This document shows, piece by piece, positions 9,937-18,437 of a DNA stretch of 64,000 nucleotides. How positions within the stretch are numbered: position 1 is the stretch's first letter; every line of letters begins with the position of its first letter. This DNA is from an uncultured Flavobacteriaceae bacterium. GTDB lineage: Bacteria > Bacteroidota > Bacteroidia > Flavobacteriales > Flavobacteriaceae. The stretch is from contig CAXYDM010000025.1 in assembly GCA_964275595.1 (NCBI GenBank), positions 15,069 through 79,068 on the forward strand, written 5' to 3'. The position numbers were made by a program, and so were the translations under genes. The notes below the pieces were generated by a model. The model worked only from the letters and a program-made list of their open reading frames with translations. It ran no database searches and was not told the DNA's origin.

Positions 9937-10400
9937 TTTTTTAATATACCAAAAAGTTTTTCTAATTTTTCTTTTCTAAATCTAAAAATTTCTTCAAGTT
10001 TAGGTTTTACCAATATAGGGTTCATTATTCTTCCTAGAAATCCTAATGGAATTTTGTAGTCTATAATATCAATCATTTCCACTCCACCTTTAACTTCTTT
10101 TATAAAATGTTTATGATGCCATAAACTATAAGGGCCAAACCTTTGTTCATCAACAAAGTATCTTTTATCCTTAACTTGAGTAATTTCAGTAACCCATTTT
10201 GTAGGAATACCAAATACTGGAGTAACAATATATTGTATTATTTGACCAGCATACATTTCTGTGTCTTCCTCATTTATTATATTAAATCCCATGTACTCAG
10301 GGGTAATCAATTTCAAATTTTTTGGATCGCTGAGAAAACTCCATGCTTTTTCAACAGTAATTGGTAATAATTGTCGTCTTGTAAATCTGTAAATCTTCAT
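9933..10400 (-). CDS. SRPBCC (cyclase/dehydrase-like) family protein
   Basis: 155 aa; 4-nt overlap with the photolyase gene; sequence pattern typical of the SRPBCC protein that accompanies flavobacterial photolyase genes. Confidence 0.6.
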   Translation of the reverse strand: MKIYRFTRRQLLPITVEKAWSFLSDPKNLKLITPEYMGFNIINEEDTEMYAGQIIQYIVTPVFGIPTKWVTEITQVKDKRYFVDEQRFGPYSLWHHKHFIKEVKGGVEMIDIIDYKIPLGFLGRIMNPILVKPKLEEIFRFRKEKLEKLFGILKK

Positions 10401-10862
10401 TAATTGTAAATTGCTATATATAGGTTAAGTGATGTTGCAATTAGTAGCCATAATATATAGGGAAGTATTAATAAGGAATACTTCTTCATAATGGGGATAT
10501 TTTTAATAAATATAAAAACAACAACTATTGTTAAAAGAATTATATCAATCAGTCCTAAAATTATTTCTTGCTTGTTAAAAAATATAAAATTCCATATTAA
10601 ATTTAAAAAGTATTGTATTAATACAATAGATATTAATTTTGATGAATTAACCAGAACTGAAAGTTTGGCTAAATAAATAGCAAAACAAGTCATTAGAAAA
10701 GTCCAAGCGAAACCAAAAACCCATCCCATTGGAGTCCAGGGTGCTTTTGATAGATTTTTATACCAATCTTGATGAAGCTCCTTCACCCATTAACAAGCTT
10801 CCGACATATAAAATAGAAAAGTTTATTAAGATAAATAATAGAACTCTAGGAATTAGTTTCAT
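10400..10862 (-). pseudogene. tspO: TspO/MBR tryptophan-rich sensory protein, broken by a 1-nt indel
   Basis: ORF-track fragment 10400..10786 (GTG start) gives WYKNLSKAPWTPMGWVFGFAWTFLM but lacks TM1. TM1 (MKLIPRVLLFILINFSILYVGSLLMG) is in another frame, starting at an ATG at 10862 that overlaps the GPx stop (TAATG). The two frames meet at a CCC run (10786-10788). Confidence 0.7.
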
Positions 10863-11395
10863 TATAGATGCTTGGTAATTTTTTCACTAAGGGGTTTTGT
10901 AAAAGAATACCAGTAATTAACAAATTCACCTTTATCATTTATTAAATATTTCTGAAAATTCCACTTTACCGTTGAATTACTAACCATGTTTAAGTTCTTG
11001 CTAGTAAGCCATTTGTATAGTGGGTGCTGTTTACTTCCTTTAACTTTAACTTTTTCAGTCATAATAAAGCTTACATCATATTTATCTGAACAAAAGGTTG
11101 CGATTTGTTGTGATGTTCCTGGTTCTTGACCACCAAATTCATTAGATGGGACTCCAATTACAACTAAGTTTGATTTATATTTTTCATGTAATTCTTGAAG
11201 TCCTTCATATTGACCAGTAAAACCACATTTAGATGCTACATTTACAAATAATATATTTTTATCTTTAAAATCTGATATTTTAATTTCTTTACCATCAATA
11301 CCTGTAATAGATAGATCGTAAATTGAACTTTGACTATTCATAGTTTGAGATATTATAGTTATGGATATTAATAATAAACTTTTAATAAATTTCAT
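10862..11395 (-). CDS. glutathione peroxidase (Cys-type), secreted
   Basis: FVNVASKCGFTGQYEGLQELHEKY...VPSNEFGGQEPG. The Met at 11395 gives signal peptide MKFIKSLLLISITIISQ. The track start at 11428 would overlap the SDR gene by 29 nt. Confidence 0.85.
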   Translation of the reverse strand: MKFIKSLLLISITIISQTMNSQSSIYDLSITGIDGKEIKISDFKDKNILFVNVASKCGFTGQYEGLQELHEKYKSNLVVIGVPSNEFGGQEPGTSQQIATFCSDKYDVSFIMTEKVKVKGSKQHPLYKWLTSKNLNMVSNSTVKWNFQKYLINDKGEFVNYWYSFTKPLSEKITKHL

Positions 11396-11399
11396 CAAA

Positions 11400-12083
11400 T
11401 TATAGTTTGAAAGATACAATACCAGCATCTAAATTAAATATTTGACCAGAAATAGAAGAGGCATCATTTGAAATTAAAAACTTAGCCATTTTTGCCACTT
11501 CTTCAGGCATAAGAATTTTTTTTAATGGATGTCTTTCTATCATATTTTCTATCACTTTTTCATTCCTTAGTAACTTTGATGCAAGATCAGTTTTAGTTAT
11601 TGTTGGAGCGATAGCATTAACTCTAATTTTTGGAGCTAATTCTGCCCCTAATGTTTTGACAAGACCATCGATAGCTGATTTAGAAGCAGCAACACTAGAA
11701 TGGTATGGCATCCCTAATTTAGTAGCTACGGTACTAAAAAGAAGTATAGAGGCATGATTTGATTTTTTTAAAATTGGCAAGTATTTTTGAATTACTTTAA
11801 TTGCTCCAACAACATTTATTTCAAAATCTTCTCTAAATTCATCTAAAGAAATTCGACCTATTGGTTTTAAGTTAATACTACCAGGACAATATATAACCGA
11901 CGAAACATCTTCTAAATCAGGAAGATCACTGCTAAGTATGTCTATATTGTGGTGAGTTAAGTTTGTATGAGTTAATTCAGGTTTATTTCTACTAAGGTTG
12001 ATAATCATATTATCTTGTACGAGTTGATTGATAATTTCTTTTCCAATCCCTCTGCTACCTCCAACTATAACAATTTTATTCAT
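11400..12083 (-). CDS. SDR family oxidoreductase
   Basis: 227 aa; Rossmann motif IVIVGGSRGIGKEI; YHSSVAASK active-site region. Confidence 0.8.
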   Translation of the reverse strand: MNKIVIVGGSRGIGKEIINQLVQDNMIINLSRNKPELTHTNLTHHNIDILSSDLPDLEDVSSVIYCPGSINLKPIGRISLDEFREDFEINVVGAIKVIQKYLPILKKSNHASILLFSTVATKLGMPYHSSVAASKSAIDGLVKTLGAELAPKIRVNAIAPTITKTDLASKLLRNEKVIENMIERHPLKKILMPEEVAKMAKFLISNDASSISGQIFNLDAGIVSFKL

Positions 12084-12085
12084 AT

Positions 12086-12307
12086 TTATGATCCAGGTCT
12101 TCCTTTTAATCTTTTTTCAATCTTTCTTTTAATAACTGTCAATCTTTTCATTAAATCCATAAGTTCAGCATCTTTACTTTCTTTATAGATTTCATTGATA
12201 TCTAATATTAGAGCCTTTACTTCTCTGGAAGCTACAATTCTCTCATTAGTTGTTTTGTAAGAAGTTTTTCTAGTTTCAAACTCTAATGCTCTTTCGATTA
12301 ATTCCAT
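12086..12307 (-). CDS. hypothetical small helical protein
   Basis: 73-aa ORF 2 nt upstream of the SDR gene on the same strand. No family recognised. Confidence 0.4.
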   Translation of the reverse strand: MELIERALEFETRKTSYKTTNERIVASREVKALILDINEIYKESKDAELMDLMKRLTVIKRKIEKRLKGRPGS

Positions 12308-12456
12308 TTATTTTTATTGTTAAAAATTCTATTTAATTTTCTCAATATAGGTAATTTTTTTTTCCTATTGACAACTACTATAATTATGAGGGTAAATCTA
12401 CAAAAAGGTATATTAAATCGTATCTATGTTATAAAAATATTAACATTTTTTATCAA

Positions 12457-13083
12457 TTAAATCCCTGCTTTAGGTCTTTGGTAACCTTTTCTATCTTTTA
12501 GCTTTGGTATTGAGTATCCATCTAAACCAGTTACAGATGCTACATTGGCTTTACCTAAGTTTAGATAGCCGTCTTTTTCAATGATTTCGTCCTTAACGAA
12601 AAGATTAACTATTTTGCCTAATACAAGTGTAGTGTTGTTTTCTTTAATGTAATATTCATTTACATACTGCATTTGAATTTGTACTGGAGAGTCTTTGACG
12701 AAAGGAGTAATAATTTTGTTTTTGTACTCAACTTCAAGATTAGTAACATCAAATTCTGAGATATCTTCGTCATACCTAGCAGAAGTGTGATGCGCATCAC
12801 TTGTGATGGACTCAAATACATGATTTATAGTGTAAAACTGTGTTTCCTTAATGTTCTTGTATGTATTTCTAGGAACTTCTCCTGAGGGTCTAACAATAAA
12901 TCCTAATATAGGTGGGTTTGATCCTACGTGAACAACAGAGCTAAATATTGCTACATTTTCAACACCTTTTTTTGAAACTGTTGCTATCAGATTTGCAGGC
13001 TTATAACCAGAACAACTATTGATTAAGTTAATTTTAAATATATTATGTAAACTATCTAGTTTTTCTTGATTAAAATGAATCAT
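12457..13083 (-). CDS. flavin reductase-like (FMN-binding split-barrel) protein
   Basis: 208 aa; overall resemblance to flavin reductase domain proteins; 1-nt overlap with the aquaporin gene downstream. Confidence 0.45.
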   Translation of the reverse strand: MIHFNQEKLDSLHNIFKINLINSCSGYKPANLIATVSKKGVENVAIFSSVVHVGSNPPILGFIVRPSGEVPRNTYKNIKETQFYTINHVFESITSDAHHTSARYDEDISEFDVTNLEVEYKNKIITPFVKDSPVQIQMQYVNEYYIKENNTTLVLGKIVNLFVKDEIIEKDGYLNLGKANVASVTGLDGYSIPKLKDRKGYQRPKAGI

Positions 13084-13712
13084 TAATTTTTTTCTTTTAA
13101 ATAAATTTTAAATAAATATGCAGCCAACACACCTGCAATAATAGTTATAAAAATGTAGTAAGGACTAAATGCTAGTGACATATTAATTCCTTGACCGTTA
13201 AATATGTTAAAAATAGCTGGACCTAAAGATATAGCAGGATTTAAAACAGAGCTAGAAATTTCACCAATTGAGTACTGACTAGCAATGACTGTTAACCCTA
13301 TGGCAGCCCCATAAAATTGATTATCCTTAAGTTTTGGATGAGTGCCAACAAATAAAATTGTAATTACTAACAAAAATGTAAAAATAAACTCAGCGATTAA
13401 AAATTGTATTCTTGTTGTATTACTGTCAGGTTGAATTTCAAAAATATTATTAGTAATTAGAAAATAAATAAATGAACCAGCAATTGCTCCTAAAATTTGT
13501 GCTGAACAATATTTAAAGCATTCAGTTTTATTTATTTCTCCTCTAATAACCATAGCGATACTTACTGCAGGGTTGTAATGAGCCCCAGAAATATGAGCAC
13601 CTACATAAATTAAAGATGCTAAACCTAGTCCAATTGCAATTGGATTTTCGGTTAGTGCACTGATAAGTAATAAAAAAAAGGTACCAAAGAATTCAATAGA
13701 ATATTTTTTCAT
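13083..13712 (-). CDS. MIP/aquaporin family channel
   Basis: 209 aa; two NPA boxes (GAHYNPAVS and VLNPAISLG) and six predicted TM segments. Confidence 0.88.
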   Translation of the reverse strand: MKKYSIEFFGTFFLLLISALTENPIAIGLGLASLIYVGAHISGAHYNPAVSIAMVIRGEINKTECFKYCSAQILGAIAGSFIYFLITNNIFEIQPDSNTTRIQFLIAEFIFTFLLVITILFVGTHPKLKDNQFYGAAIGLTVIASQYSIGEISSSVLNPAISLGPAIFNIFNGQGINMSLAFSPYYIFITIIAGVLAAYLFKIYLKEKN

Positions 13713-13813
13713 AATTCTAATTTTTTGTTAATTTATTTGTTATTGATTATATTTTCAAAATTAATATTTTAACTTCATTTTTTAATATTTATTTTAATCT
13801 ATTATTCTGCACT

Positions 13814-14656
13814 ATGAAAAATTTTATATTCTTTTTATGTTTATTATTATCATTTAACATTTTTTCTCAAATCCAAACACCCGCACCAAGCCCAGCTACA
13901 AATGTTCAACAAACAATTGGACTGACTGATATAACTCTTGAGTACGCCAGACCATCTGTTAGAAACAGAGTAGTATTTGGTAATTTGGTTCCTTTTAATA
14001 AAATATGGAGAACAGGTGCCAATGAAAACTCGATAATTTCTTTTAGTACTTCTATTAAAATTGGAGATACGGATGTTCCTGCTGGAAAGTATTCGGTTTA
14101 CACTATTCCAAATGAGAATAGCTGGGAGTTTATTTTATATTCAGATTATAATAACTGGGGTTTACCCTCAGATTGGGATGAAAACAAAGTGGTAGTTAGA
14201 CAGAAATTTACTCCAATTAAATTAGAAAATAAAATGGAGTCATTTAAGTTTGCATTAGACGATTTAACTAATAATTCCTTTACATTAGGTATAACTTGGG
14301 GTTATTTTTATCTTCCTGTTGAAATTAAATTACCTACTACTAGTATAGTTATGTCAAGTATTGAAGAGGTACTAAAAGACCCTACATCGTCTGATTTATA
14401 TAAAGCAGCTGTTTATTTATTACAAGAAAATAGAGATTTAAGAATGGCTAAAGAATGGATGAATCAATCTATTGCAATGATGGAAAATCCTAGATTTTAT
14501 CAACTCAGACAACAATCTCTTATTTATGCAGCTTTAAAAGATTACAAGATGGCAATAAAAGTAGCAAAATCTTCATTAGAAAAATCAATCCTTGCAGGAA
14601 ATGCAGATTATGAGAAAATGAATCAGGATTCAATTTCTATTTGGAGTAATATGTAA
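13814..14656 (+). CDS. DUF2911 domain protein, secreted
   Basis: 280 aa; signal peptide; YARPSVRNRVVFGNLVPFNKIWRTGANENS is the DUF2911 signature; TPR-like C-terminus. Confidence 0.7.
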   Translation: MKNFIFFLCLLLSFNIFSQIQTPAPSPATNVQQTIGLTDITLEYARPSVRNRVVFGNLVPFNKIWRTGANENSIISFSTSIKIGDTDVPAGKYSVYTIPNENSWEFILYSDYNNWGLPSDWDENKVVVRQKFTPIKLENKMESFKFALDDLTNNSFTLGITWGYFYLPVEIKLPTTSIVMSSIEEVLKDPTSSDLYKAAVYLLQENRDLRMAKEWMNQSIAMMENPRFYQLRQQSLIYAALKDYKMAIKVAKSSLEKSILAGNADYEKMNQDSISIWSNM

Positions 14657-14659
14657 TTA

Positions 14660-16339
14660 TTATTTAATGTTATTATAAAATAATTCAATCAAGTAGGATG
14701 TAATTATTACAGTCAGTACTCCTAAGACATTAAGCCATAAATAAGGCATGTAATCGTTATACCAAACAAACAATATTATTAATTGTGTTATTATTGCACC
14801 ATAAAAAACAGCATTCGATTTTATATACTTTATGAAAAATGCTATTAGAAATATACCTAATACATTCCCGTAAAAAAGAGAACCAATAATATTTACTAAT
14901 TGAATTAAGTTATCTGCTAGATATGCAACACAGGCTATGGCTATAGCAAAAACACCCCAAAAAACAGTAAATATTTTAGTTGTATTTACTGTCTCAATTT
15001 CACTGGATTTGTTTTTTTTGTTCCTGTTGTATAGATCAATTGTTGTTGTAGTTGCTAATGCATTTAATTCACTAGCTGTAGAGGACATTGCAGCACTTAA
15101 AATTACTGCAATTAATAAACCTATTAAGCCTTTAGGTAAATTGTTTAAAATAAAACTTATAAAAACATAATCTTTATCATTAGATTCAATTCTATTTAAA
15201 GAATTATTAGAGAACTCTTTTATGATTTCTTTTGCTTTATCTCTAATTGTTTTCTCTCTTTCATTAAGACTTTTTATTTCTGCTAAACTCTTAGCATTAT
15301 TGTTATCAACAAAGTCGTTAGTAGCTTTGCTTTTCAAGTAATAAACCTCCTTTAAAGATTGCTCTAGTTTAAAATAGTCATTAGCTCTTTCAGAATTAGA
15401 AATTGTAATTTCTGCTTGTGGATTAAAATTTAAAGGAGAAGGGTTAAATTGATAAAAAACAAATACCATTACTCCAATGAAAAGAATAAAAAATTGCATT
15501 GGGATTTTTAAAACACCATTAAATATCATCCCCATTTGCATTTCTTTTAAAGACTTTCCTGACAGATATCTTTGTACTTGACTTTGGTCAGTACCAAAAT
15601 AAGATAACATTAAAAAAGTACCACCTAATATGCCACTCCAAACGGTATACCTATTTTCTAAATCAAAAGAAAAATCTAAAATTTTCATTTTATCATTTGC
15701 TCCTGCTAATTCAATAGCTTTCTCAAATGTTACATTGTCTGGTAAAGAATTAATAATGATTAAAAAAGTTATTATCAAGCCTGTAAATATTACACCCATC
15801 TGGTATTTCTGAGTATAATTAACTGCTTTTGTGCCTCCAGAAACAGTATATATAATTACTAATAACCCTATAATTATATTCAAAGTAGTTAAATCCCATC
15901 CTAAAACAGATGAGAGAATAATTGCTGGGGCAAAAATAGTTATTCCAGCAGCTAAACTTCTTTGAATTAAAAATAGTAAAGAAGTTAATGTTCTTGTTTT
16001 TAGATCGAATCTAGATTCTAAGTATTCATAAGCGGTAAAAACTTTCAACTTATGATATATTGGTATAAATACTATGCATATTATAATAATGGCTATGGGT
16101 AATCCAAAATAAAATTGAACAAAACCCATTCCATCGTTAAATGCTTGACCTGGAGTTGATAAAAAAGTTATTGCACTAGCTTGTGTTGCCATTACAGAGA
16201 GTCCAACAGTCCACCATTTAGCTTCATTACCCCCTTTGATATAGTCTATAGAATTTTTTGCCCCCTTAGTTTTTAGAGTTCCATAAGTTACTATTAGTAG
16301 TAGGGTAGAGCATAAAACAATCCAATCTAGTAGTTGCAT
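14660..16339 (-). CDS. sodium:solute symporter (SSS) family transporter
   Basis: 559 aa, polytopic; GGNEAKWWTVGLSVMATQASAITFLSTPG is typical of the SSS family. Confidence 0.8.
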   Translation of the reverse strand: MQLLDWIVLCSTLLLIVTYGTLKTKGAKNSIDYIKGGNEAKWWTVGLSVMATQASAITFLSTPGQAFNDGMGFVQFYFGLPIAIIIICIVFIPIYHKLKVFTAYEYLESRFDLKTRTLTSLLFLIQRSLAAGITIFAPAIILSSVLGWDLTTLNIIIGLLVIIYTVSGGTKAVNYTQKYQMGVIFTGLIITFLIIINSLPDNVTFEKAIELAGANDKMKILDFSFDLENRYTVWSGILGGTFLMLSYFGTDQSQVQRYLSGKSLKEMQMGMIFNGVLKIPMQFFILFIGVMVFVFYQFNPSPLNFNPQAEITISNSERANDYFKLEQSLKEVYYLKSKATNDFVDNNNAKSLAEIKSLNEREKTIRDKAKEIIKEFSNNSLNRIESNDKDYVFISFILNNLPKGLIGLLIAVILSAAMSSTASELNALATTTTIDLYNRNKKNKSSEIETVNTTKIFTVFWGVFAIAIACVAYLADNLIQLVNIIGSLFYGNVLGIFLIAFFIKYIKSNAVFYGAIITQLIILFVWYNDYMPYLWLNVLGVLTVIITSYLIELFYNNIK

Positions 16340-16443
16340 TAAGAGAATTTTATTGTTATGAAATAAAAAATAATCAGATAAAAAATATTAGCTATTATTA
16401 GTATTGAATATAATCTGGTCCATTTTTTTTTAACTTTTTCCAT
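16339..16443 (-). CDS. 34-aa single-TM small ORF translationally coupled to the SSS transporter
   Basis: Not in the track (under 60 aa). ATG at 16443, translation MEKVKKKWTRLYSILIIANIFYLIIFYFITIKFS. Its TAA overlaps the transporter ATG (TAATG at 16337-16341). It begins 4 nt after the maf stop. Confidence 0.4.
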   Translation of the reverse strand: MEKVKKKWTRLYSILIIANIFYLIIFYFITIKFS

Positions 16444-16446
16444 GAT

Positions 16447-17028
16447 TTATAAATTCATTAGTTCTTTGTAAAGTAAGTGAGTTGGAAGCCCCATTACATT
16501 ATTGTATGTACCTTCAATATTAGTTATACCAATATACCCAATCCAATCTTGAATTCCATATGCACCAGCTTTGTCTAATACCTTGTTGTTTTTTATGTAA
16601 TAATCTATTTCCTTGTCAGATAAGTTTTTAAAAGTGACTTCTGTAGTATCATTAACAATATTTTTTGATTCTAATGTTTTAATACAAAAAGAGGTGATCA
16701 CTTTATGTGTGTTGCCACTTAAAGTCTGTAGAATTTCTTTGGCATTTTTATTATCTTTTGGTTTTCCAATAGCTTCTTCATTTAACCATACAATAGTATC
16801 GCTAGTGATAATAATCGTATTTTTATTTAACATCTCTGAAAAATAACTAGCTTTTTTATCTGCAATAAAATCTGTTATTTGCTCAGCCATTAAATTATTT
16901 GGATAGGATTCATCGAAATCTAACTTTACTGACTTAAATTGTATGTCAAGTTCATTTAAGAATTTAATTCTTCTTGGAGATTGAGACGCTAAAATAATCT
17001 CATAGCTAGAAAGTTTTTCTTTTAACAT
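16447..17028 (-). CDS. maf: Maf family nucleoside triphosphate pyrophosphatase
   Basis: 193 aa; ILASQSPRR...SDT...GKP...AGAYGIQ. Confidence 0.88.
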   Translation of the reverse strand: MLKEKLSSYEIILASQSPRRIKFLNELDIQFKSVKLDFDESYPNNLMAEQITDFIADKKASYFSEMLNKNTIIITSDTIVWLNEEAIGKPKDNKNAKEILQTLSGNTHKVITSFCIKTLESKNIVNDTTEVTFKNLSDKEIDYYIKNNKVLDKAGAYGIQDWIGYIGITNIEGTYNNVMGLPTHLLYKELMNL

Positions 17029-17034
17029 ATTAAA

Positions 17035-17559
17035 TTAATCCATTTGTGCATTATTGAACGTGTTCCATTTGCCATGAATTTTCATAACTTGTTCGATTAC
17101 ATCACGTACAGCTCCTTTTCCACCATTTTTACTTGAAATATATCTACAGATATCTTTTACTTCATTCACAGCATCTTGTGGGCAACAAGATAGCCCAACT
17201 ATTTTTAAAACTGGTATATCAGGGATGTCATCCCCCATATAGAGTATATTTTTTAAGTTAACATTAGAAGATTCGATAAATGAATTTAATTGTTTTATTT
17301 TATTATGTGCACCTAAGTATATAAACTCAACACCTAATGCTTTAAGTCTGTCTCTAACACCTTCATTTGTCCCTCCAGAAATAATTGCAATTTTATATCC
17401 TGAATCTAAAGCAGCTTTTAAAGCAAATCCATCTTTAACATTCATTGTCCTTAACATCTCACCATTGCTAGTAATTGTTAATGATCCATCTGTTAATACA
17501 CCATCAACATCAAAAATAAAAGTTTCAATTTGAGATAATATTTCTTTATAATTTTTCAT
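17035..17559 (-). CDS. kdsC: KDO 8-phosphate phosphatase (HAD-IIIA)
   Basis: 174 aa; FIFDVDGVLTDG...NVKDG...GDDIPD...GGKGAVRD. Confidence 0.85.
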   Translation of the reverse strand: MKNYKEILSQIETFIFDVDGVLTDGSLTITSNGEMLRTMNVKDGFALKAALDSGYKIAIISGGTNEGVRDRLKALGVEFIYLGAHNKIKQLNSFIESSNVNLKNILYMGDDIPDIPVLKIVGLSCCPQDAVNEVKDICRYISSKNGGKGAVRDVIEQVMKIHGKWNTFNNAQMD

Positions 17560-18313
17560 GATCTAAATCGTTAATTAAGTTCGTTATCAGTTTGTATAGT
17601 TGCCTATGTTTTTCATTGTCTAAATCCATTAAATGTTTATCTGTAGTTTTTTTATCTCCTCTAATTGCAGGGCCTGTTTGAGCTTCTTTAGGATCTAATG
17701 TATTAATTTTATTAACTGTTTCAGTAATTAATGGTTTTAAAATATTAAAATTAATCTTTGATTTATCTGTTATGCTTTTAGCTATTGTATACATGTGATT
17801 TGTAAAATTATTTACAAAAACAGCAGCTAAATGTAATTTTTCTCTCTGATTGGAATCAATTTCGTAATAAGTACATCCTAAGCTTTTAGATATTTTTTTT
17901 AATGTAATCATATCATTAGGATTTGTGGACTCTAAACAAATAGGGATTTTTGAAAAATCAATTTCACTTTCTTTAGAAAATGTTTGTAAAGGATAAAAAA
18001 CTGCAGATCTATTTTTTAGATTTAATTCATTTTTAGATTTACTTCCCGAGGTATGACAAACAAGCCTATTCGAAAATAATAATTGAGTAGATAATTCATA
18101 GATAGAATCATCATTAACAGCTAATATATACACATCAGCAAATTCTAATTTATCTAATTGATCAGTGATTTTAACTAAATCGGAATACGGAGCTAGATCT
18201 TTTAAATTTCTGCTATACCATTGCTTAATTTTAATTTCACTATTTTTTTTATTAAAAGCTTTAAATAAGTGTGTCCCAACATTACCAGATCCTAAAATGA
18301 CAACTTTAATCAT
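17546..18313 (-). CDS. Rossmann-like plus DUF2520 domain protein
   Basis: 255 aa; VVILGSGNVGTHL N-terminal dinucleotide fold; C-terminal PAIRGD motif of DUF2520. Confidence 0.7.
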   Translation of the reverse strand: MIKVVILGSGNVGTHLFKAFNKKNSEIKIKQWYSRNLKDLAPYSDLVKITDQLDKLEFADVYILAVNDDSIYELSTQLLFSNRLVCHTSGSKSKNELNLKNRSAVFYPLQTFSKESEIDFSKIPICLESTNPNDMITLKKISKSLGCTYYEIDSNQREKLHLAAVFVNNFTNHMYTIAKSITDKSKINFNILKPLITETVNKINTLDPKEAQTGPAIRGDKKTTDKHLMDLDNEKHRQLYKLITNLINDLDHEKL

Positions 18314-18437
18314 ACAGCTAAATTAAGGAACTAATGAGTCTAAAAAAAACTTTAATTATTTAACAAATATTTACTATTTATATAAATTAAAAGAGAACAT
18401 TTCTTTGTAAATTTGCACACTCTATTTATATATCTAA

